Part shown: one piece after another, positions 13,701 through 22,700 of the stretch
How the letters are laid out: every line of letters starts with the position of its first letter
Position numbering within the stretch: position 1 is the first letter of the stretch
DNA from: Balanoglossus misakiensis
Taxonomy: Eukaryota > Animalia > Hemichordata
Reading direction: 5' to 3'
Length of the DNA stretch: 64,000 nt
NCBI GenBank assembly: GCA_040954595.2
Contig: CM082576.2
Span: 2,082,760 to 2,146,759, forward strand
Made by a program: the position numbers and the translations under genes
Notes under the pieces: model-generated
Databases searched by the model: none
What the model was told of the DNA's origin: nothing
The model's input: the letters and a program-made list of their open reading frames with translations, nothing else

Positions 13701-16700
13701 TCCATTAGCCTTTGGATGACACCCCCACGTGTGTCCCAGAAATCATACAAGTGGTCAGACGATATGTGACCTTTTGTTGTTAATCACACATTCTCTGACA
13801 TTTTTTGTTTCCTCTTCTTCACAGTTTTCAGATTTCAAAAGCTATGCATCTCATACCCAACTTAAAGACAATCCCAAATTGGAACGCTCGATAGCGTTGT
13901 TCAACGGATTGTCCCAATGGATTCAGTGTATGGTGCTCAGTCGGACTACGCCAAAACAACGAGCTGAAGTTGTCGTGAAGTTTGTCGATGTGGCCAGAGT
14001 GAGTATATGTGGAATGTTGCTCGCGTTCTGGGGAGTTCCCACTACATGAGAGAGATCTGTAGACAGGGATGTCGGATTTACATGCTAAAACAGCGGGGGA
14101 TTCAGTTATGAAGTGGTGTGGAGATACACATGAATCATGCGAATGGAATGTATTTGTCCTGCAGTTGTTATCAAATGATTAAGTACAATCACAAGCATCA
14201 TGAAATTAAAATTTTCTGTAAAACAGTTGAGAAGTTTCACCCAAATAATTATAACAGTTCTACATATTCAGTGCGCAGTAGCAGATATGATATATGCTAT
14301 CTTTTGGGAATGATTTCGGGAACTGTCTATTTCAGAGGCTACGAACATTACAGAATTTCAACACCTTAATGGCAGTAGTTGGTGGTCTAACACACAGTGC
14401 ACTTGCCAGACTCGGCAAAACAAATGGCCATCTTTCATCTGAGATGCAGAAGGTGGGTGTTAGCTCATTGCACTCTGTACATTTGACATCTTCCCTACAA
14501 CAACAACAACAACAACAACAGAATATAAGACCTTGTCCTTAAAGGCACTCATCTGTTGGAATTGCACCTGTCTATTTTAATAAGGACAGATACTTTCAAA
14601 CAAATGCCTATTGAATTGATTGCATTCTAGTGAGATATCTGTTTATGGGCCAGCTGGAATGAAAATATAGGGTGACAATTATGCCATTACTGAATAGGAA
14701 TTCATTCCATGTCTACTTCTGGCTCCATCATGAATCCAATTATACTTTCTCAACAATTTGCCTAACCTGATTGTTTGTTTGTTTGTTTGTTTGTTTGTTT
14801 GTTTGTTTGTTTGTTTGTGGGTGTTTCCTTCCATCAGACATTGAGTGAAATGACTGAACTACTGTCATCTGGTGGAAACTTTTGCAATTATCGAAAGGCA
14901 CTTCAAGAAAGCAAGGGATTCAAAATCCCCATCCTGTAAGTATAAGCTCTCAATGTCAGGTGCCTTAAACGCTTTCGTACCCCCTCCCCCTCCCCTCCCC
15001 ACTCTCTTTTCTTATGTGGGCCCCCAATTGTACCAGTGAAATGAAATGAATATGATGGAAGTGGACCAAATCGTGGTGGTTAGAGGGGTACAGCATTTAT
15101 TAAAAATGTTCAGGACATGTATTTATGACATGTACATGTAGTTCAGACAATGCTTAAGGTCATTTAATCCTTGAAAGTATTTATAGCTTGACAATATTGG
15201 GCTTCTTTTAGGGTTTGGGGAGAAATAAAACTAAATATTACATGCTGTTTTCTGTTTTGATATACGGGTATGTTAAATATCATTCGATCTTTCTCATTGA
15301 ATGTATTTTCTTCTCCCTTTTTTTGTTCATGCTGACTTTTCCATGCGACATGTCAGAGGTAAGTTTTGTGTCTTTATATTTGCATAGACCAATACACCCC
15401 AACATTTGTTCTCTTTTCACTGAAATTCTATCGTTCCTTGCTGCCTCACAATATTATGCCAAATTCAGAATAGTCTATTCAAGTTCAAATTAACCTAGAA
15501 AACTGACTTCAGTGTAAGTTTTGTAGGTTACAGTACCCGCGTTGATGTTGCATGTATAAAAAGATACAGCAGTCGCAGCGAGGAACGATGTATATCATAC
15601 TTTTATGATATCGGGGCTTATTTGTAGACTACATGAGTCGTGACTTGTGATAACCAGTGCCATCTGGCCCATTTCTATTAAGTATTATATTTCCATACTC
15701 ATCTGTGAGAGCGGCAGATAGAATTGCGCCAAATATAGAACCAAGGAAATCACACTCTACTTTGTTCCTGTCAGTCAGTTTATCTCAACAAGGGTGTCCT
15801 AGATATTACCAGGACCCTTTTTTATCAATTTCTGCGATGGGATTAAAAACTCAGCTGATTTCTGTTCTTAGACCAAGGAGGGCCTACCATTCTAATCTGG
15901 GTAATGCTGGCCTGACTTTTTAGAAATGTATAGTTGTCCGTATAGCCTGGGGATAAGGGAAGGTGTTTATTTTCTGTAAACCTGTGAAGTTATAACTCAT
16001 ATTAAAGATGCATGTATATATCAGAACTGCACAAATCTCGGTTAAAGACTTTATAATGTGATTCAGTTGACACACTTTTGATGACGGAAATGATGTGTTG
16101 ACTACATTCTCATAAACCATTCTACACAGGAGTTCATCTGAAAGATCTCATCACAATCCACACGGCATTTCCGGATAAGTTAGACAACGACCTGATCAAC
16201 TTCCGTAAGATGGCTCAGTTGTCAATGACGATAGCCGAGCTCACCCAGCTTCAACATGCTACTCCACCAATAGAAGCCAACATGGATCTTGTCAATATGT
16301 TGAAGGTAAGGCAACGCATGGTAATATACGTCCCACCATACCATTCTAGCTAGCACGCAAAGTGCTCACCAGACTTGCATCCGGCAGTCACGTGGTAGCG
16401 TGTCAGTAATTAAGCTCCATCGGCATGACCCAGTGATGGACAGAGACATGCATTCAGTGATGTTTTGTTTCTGGTAGACTTCATTACTGATCAATCAAGT
16501 CACACGTGGCATGCTGGAATGTCACAGGCCAACCGTCACCATGTCACTACATCACACACACAGCAGGACCATTTGTACCGGTACATAACAAGACATGATG
16601 TACGGTATATACGCATGCAGTTGACCTGTTCTCTGAACATCTCTATTTGCTTGTTCTCTCTTGTACGAGCAGTGTTTCAGCTGTGGGGTTGTCAGTGTAC

Positions 16701-19700
16701 CGGTACATGAAAACCAAATTACGGGGGATGAATGAAAAAAATCTGTTCAGCTGTATAAGGAGGTGATGTGAAAGGCATTTATCATGATTATCTGCACAAG
16801 ATTGGTCCAGGGTTGGGGTTGGGGAAGAAAACAAATTATATCAATCAGAAAAAAATGGTTCTGGAGAACGTTGCATTAGAAGAACAGGCTATTTTCACCA
16901 CTTCCATTTCACGTGATTCCAGGAATTGTTATTTGGTTTGTGTCCTTTGAAAAAAGGAGCTTGAACCCGAAGTCATGCACACTCGAGCCTGCATGCTTAC
17001 TTCATGTTGAACCCAATGAACCAGACAGGTTTAAAAATGTAAATGCATACCCAGTAATTATTGTGTGTAAAATGTAAGCACACTGAACACAGGCTAAATG
17101 AGCCCCAAAAGGCCACAGAAATTCGCCTGTTTTGGAAGAGGATCGGTGCACTTTGTTAATTGCCGTATAATCAGCCGATCAATCAATCAAGTCAGTATGC
17201 TGTTTTTTGAGACATCATAATGATTTGCAATATCATAATTTTGCAATTGTGACGTACGTCACGTACCGTACGTATCCTTTTCATGTTTTTGTAACATACC
17301 CGAATACAACATGTACAACATTTGCCTGTGAGATGTTCACTTTTCCTGAGGCATCCTTACATCTACATGATCTTTACCATCACATCAGATTTTACCAAAG
17401 TGGGCATAATTTGGTTAAGAAATTAGTGTTGGTTATATGTTTATTTCTACAGTTTGTCAAAGACAAAAATTAAGGAGGTTAGACTGAAAAAAGGAAAAAA
17501 ACCTCAGTCGATTGTTCATAACTTGTTCATTATACTGACATACAAATCTTATTTCTGTTGTCCTTCTAGGCTTCCCTTGATCTACACTACACAGAGGATG
17601 AAATATACGAGTTGTCAATTGCCAGGGAACCTAGAACGTCTACAAGTTCTGTGAGTATACACCTGTGTAATTGTTGTGATATTCCAACAAAAAACTGTCA
17701 TCTTGCTTGGTGTGTTTCAACCATGTGTCAGTACATGATTGCCCTCAGACCCCCCCCCCCCCCATCCCCATCTCCTGCATGTTAACCCTTCCCATCATAC
17801 ATCACTGGTCACCTCACTACCAAAATGCCTCCTGCCACCAATCTCTGTAAATGAGGCCATATGATGTCTGGGCTCAACAAGGCTGGGGTGATACAGTTTT
17901 GATCTGGTTATGAAACTGACATTTGATATAATAAACCACCATTCAGTACAGATGATACACTTTTCACGATGTTGCAAAGTGCAGGAAACCAATATTCATA
18001 TCAATTGTAATACCTTTATTGATGATGTAATAATTACCATTAGGTAATGAGCCATAAATTTGGAAGAGAGAATTGTATTGTCAAATTTATTGTCTGTTTT
18101 GTACAGTGGGTGTTGATGGTGTAGTGATTTACTCTCATAGTAATTATGCCAACTTTGGTTGATTGCATCGTTAATGCAATTATCCAGAAACTGATAACCT
18201 TTGATGTGTCATATTGTCTCTATAATTGTAATCTTATTGTTTCTCAGTGAAATTTTCATCTTGCTTACTGTTTCAAGTTTCCTCTAATGATTATGATAAG
18301 GATTTTCTGAAAGTTTGCCTCAGAATTATTTCAAACAAACTGCGTGCACTCAGCACAGATGTCATATATCTCATGATTTTACAAAGTACAAGTAGCCATT
18401 ATTCATATATGTTGTATTATCTTTATTGATCACATAATATTACACCACAAATTGAGGATAATGTATACTTGTTAGACACACCGCCACTAAGCAATTTTAG
18501 AGTCTCTTAGAAGTTACATGTCAAAAACGGTCTGGCATCAGAAAAATGATGATACACATCAGAAGATGGAGTTGCTAATTTCAGCTCAGATTCCACACTG
18601 CATATAAAATAGCCAGTAAATGCCAACATCGATTGATTGCATCATTAATGCAATTATCCAGAAATTGATAAAACTTCTTAGGTGTGTCACTGTGTCTATA
18701 ATTGTAATCTCATTGTGTTGATGTAATTGTCATTTTATTTTCTGTTTTAAGTTACCCTAACGACCGGATTACGACAAGAATTTGCCGAGAGTTTTTATAA
18801 TATGAAAACTAGGCCAAATCATAAACCTTATATCTACACCCAAGTCCCACAATTAAGAGTACTTGGTAGTGTACTCATCACACTAAAATTGTTCCATATT
18901 TGAGATTGAAAGAACTCTTCCCAGATTGAACCAGCCAATCATGTAGTAAGCGTACTGAAAAAAATTGTGTGAGTCGATTGTCATGGTTCCACAGCGAATG
19001 ATTTTATTGAGTGGAGTAAAACATTGTTTCTGCAATTGAATGTTTAGTAAAGCTAAAGACATGTGTATTGATTTTAGAAGGGGCAAATGTCCTCCAGAGC
19101 TAAGAATTATAGATGGCTTAGAAATAGAATTCAAATTGGCTCATGGCGTGTTTGATTCCTATGTTGACAGCCTCCGACACCAACCAAGCCGGGAGTTTTT
19201 GCAGACTGGGCATCGGGGGTGAACACACCACCAGATCCAGAAACCATCAACAAGCATGTTCATGCTATGGTGGAGGTAAGTCATTCACAGTCAGTTCAAA
19301 AATATTGGCAGGGGTGTTACAGATTAACAGCCAGTATAAACCCAACATTCTTGCTCGGTATAAGCGTTTTATATGCGGGTATGTGCAACAACCATTGTTG
19401 CAAGTGATTTTGCAAGTCAGGACTTCAGTTTTCAACAATAACAGTGCTGGCTGTATACACATACATGTATGCAATGCATTTGGTAACCTTTCATCCTGCA
19501 ATTTCAAAGTCAAACATGAAACTTCAGTTAATGCACAGAACAAGAAAATACTGGAATTAAAAACAGGCATTTAATAGACACATCCTGTTCTGGGAAATGT
19601 TAAAACTGAAATGGCCACCATTTGCTTTTGTCAGACTTTCAAGTTCATCAGCTGAGGTGGAGTATGTACCTGTACGTGCGTCGACATGTAAAATATTACT

Positions 19701-22700
19701 CTTGTCATTGCAGGCAGTATTCAAGAACTATGATCATGATCGAGATGGTTTCATCTCGCAGGAAGAGTTTGAAGCGATTGCCGGAAATTTCCCATTCATG
19801 GACTCCTTCTGTGTTCTGGATGCAGACAAGTAAGTCAGTCTCACTCTTCTTGTTCATTTTGCCAACAGACTTTGAGAATCAGGTTAATCAGTAAATCTCA
19901 AGATTCTTCTTCAAATATGTAAGACCACGAAAAACAAAGCTTTTATGCAGATTTAAAACTCTACCTGAAAAATTTTAAAGTGCATTCAGGATTTTTTTAT
20001 CCATCATCTGATGAGAACACGACATCCCATTTACATGATGAGGTACCCACCACTCCTTGTTTAAAGTGTAAATAACATGATATATAGGATGAGAGAATCA
20101 ATGAGAAGGAAAGTGCTTTGCTCAAGGACACAACATTGTGGCCATGTCCTGGTCTCGAACCCACAATTCTCCAATGAGAGTCAGTGGCCTTGTCTGGGTC
20201 TTGAACCCACAATCGATAGTATGGTTGTTATACCCTTGCAATGTACCTTCAAAGTCAGCAGAAAATATACAAGACAGACACCACTTTGGGGGAGTGAGAT
20301 AAAATTTAAGAATCTTTGAATCTCAAGAAATTTTGCATTTGACAGTTCAACATTAATCAAAATATAACGTGAGAACTATTTCAAAATTGATTTGATCCCA
20401 GCTAGGCTCTGTGGTATTTGTTTGAAATATGATTGTACAAGAATAAATAAAACACTCAACCAGCAGACAGAGAAACACTTGAAAATCTAACTGGTAAATA
20501 AAACCATTCATCATGTTATTATATTTTTTTGCTCTATAAATGCACTTATTGTGTTATTGCTCTAATTTGAAAAAAAATGAGGTGTTGTTTTGCAAGAGTA
20601 ATAGCTCTTTCGTAATTTAAGTGTAAGGACAAGAGTTGGACCCTGGGAGAAAAGCTCCGCCCATCATTAAAATTGGATGAGAACATGAATTGATGTCCAT
20701 GGCCTGCTGTGTGTAGGTGGCTGTCAGCGACTGTACCATCTTTTCCCCGATGGGGTTGTTATTCAAATACAAAGAATTTACCCCATTAGGGGGCATTTGT
20801 TCAGATTAAGTCAGTTCAAAGTACAAGCGTATTCAGCCCTTCAGATTAACAAGATGATTGATGGCGAATTTTTTTCTGCAGCGCCATATTAGAGCGGGTC
20901 TTGCGTCGTCTTCATCATTTTTCCATTTTCCACAGAGATGGGATGATAAGCAAATCGGAGATGAAGACATATTTTATCCGAGCCAATTACCACGCATTGA
21001 GGAGCAGCTTCAAGCATGATTTCCATGAGCACACCTACTTCAAGCCCACGTTTTGTGTCCACTGCACGGGGTTGCTATGGGGACTGATCAAGCAAGGAGT
21101 CAAATGCAAAACGTGCAGCATCAATTCCCATAAGCACTGCAAGGACCTGGTCGTCATGGAGTGCCGATCAAAAACAAGTTCCTCTCACAGCCAATCAAAC
21201 GGCTCGGTTGATGGAGGTAGGATTCATTATCCAGTTGTCATATTCGCCAGATGGGCGCCCAGGGAAATCATAGTCCCTGCGACATTGAGAAAGAAAAAAA
21301 ATAGGATACTAGACATGTTTCTGTAATGAGGGCAGAGACACATTTCTGTTTGACAAAAAGAAAGAGCAGAAACGTGACTCAACTCTTTGTGAACTCTTCA
21401 GTTAGCTTTGTGCTTACCCTCCAGGTTAGTTTCCCCTTTGTTTGGGAGCTGCATCTTTGATGACGTCTCTGCGATGCTTCTGTTTGTCATCACACGCTGT
21501 CTCCATGGTGATGGGGAACAGCACCAAAACCAAAATATGTTTACATCTTAAGTGTACTCACTGGAACCTTTCACTTTAAGAAAGAAGGAAACATCACAGG
21601 GTTTCTATGTTTTTTAATTAAAGAAATAATATCAATCACATAATTGTCAACAAGACCAGGGTATTGATATATTTTCACAAATTTTGCTGCGGTGGAATTA
21701 ATCGTCATTTTTTTAATTTGGCCACTTTGGAACTACCCATGCTCAAGATTTGGAAGTACAGTGTATTTATTAATTATTTTCAACTAATTATTGGGTCACT
21801 GTACGAGATTTGAACATTGAAAGGTGACTGAAGTAGCTAGCGGGGTGTGATCACTGTAACGAATCAGGAGACAGGCTGGCTGTTGTGTACATGTACGTGT
21901 TGTTGCTGCAGTTGAATATGTCAGTAAGAGAAAACTGGGCCACCATGATAGCATAGAAGTGTCAAGGTCAAATGAAAAATCTTCAATGCCAAGAAGAGCA
22001 AGGACAATTTGATGTGTTTGCAGCGTTCAGGGGTAGGGGGTGGGGAGAGGTTTCATGGTACTTGGACATTTTAATGCAAACTTTGTTCCTCACTCCCTGC
22101 AGGCAGGAGAGACTGCATGTGTTTTAGTCATAGACTGATGTTGCAGACAATGGAAACATTGCTTAACATGTGTGTGTTGTGTGCATGTAATATGGAACGC
22201 GATCTGATCATGTGAGGATCGAGGGCGCACTCAAAAAGACTGATATCTTTACTTATGCAGTTGTTGAACCACGATTTTTGGAGAGGGGTTTTGTCTGCTG
22301 ACTTCCTTATTATTGTAATGATCACGAGAGGCAATTACTAAAAGCTCGGCTAAAATTATAACTTCTTGATTTTTTGCAGTCACGGCAAAGGACGTGACAA
22401 TGGACAGGAAGCGGAAAATGTCCATCCGGCAGAAACACACGCAAAGCAGCGCCGGCAACCAAGCATCAAGGCAGACCAGGGTGTCGGATACGCAGGATGA
22501 GAATAAAAAGGACAGTAGTGGCAACAGTGTGAGTGAAGAAGATGATGATATAGATAACTACGGAGAATCATATGAAGAAGAAACCGATATGCATGAAAGG
22601 CTTGTTAGAGCCGAACAGGTGAGGAATGAAAAACTGAAGAAGTGCAAAAACAGTTTGGCGTTTACATTGAATAGATGTAAACTGTGAGATTATAATGCTT

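Noticed and set aside
14497-14522. polyQ in ORF 14294-14542
   Set aside because: It is an intronic (CAA)n microsatellite downstream of the donor at 14453.
14910-14916. GC donor A|gcaagg that would restore frame to 16130
   Set aside because: It would delete [10 protein letters not shown], a core conserved GEF motif.
15503-15523. Second microexon-like site ttcag|T|gtaagt (1 nt)
   Set aside because: No pyrimidine tract, and inclusion alone or together with the AG exon does not restore the frame. Probably a decoy or chance match.
14936-16127. A single non-canonical GT-AC intron (tctacac|A GGA GTT), with a weak U12-like branch TCATAAAC, to explain the frame problem
   Set aside because: The donor is a pure U2 GTAAGT and the branch match is only 6/8. 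The 2-nt microexon with canonical sites gives the same mRNA more parsimoniously. Splicing intermediates are needed to exclude it fully.
14838-16305. RasGRP as a frameshifted pseudogene
   Set aside because: All other exons and splice sites are intact, and the microexon resolves the frame.
17272-17280. Perfect U12 donor GTATCCTTT within a RasGRP intron
   Set aside because: No upstream exon and no matching U12 branch site. The flanking exons already join in frame by GT-AG, and a 9-mer can occur by chance in 64 kb.
22081-22215. Extra RasGRP exon after the good acceptor ctccctgcag (22102)
   Set aside because: No convincing donor; the frame runs to TGA with a non-conserved-looking peptide.
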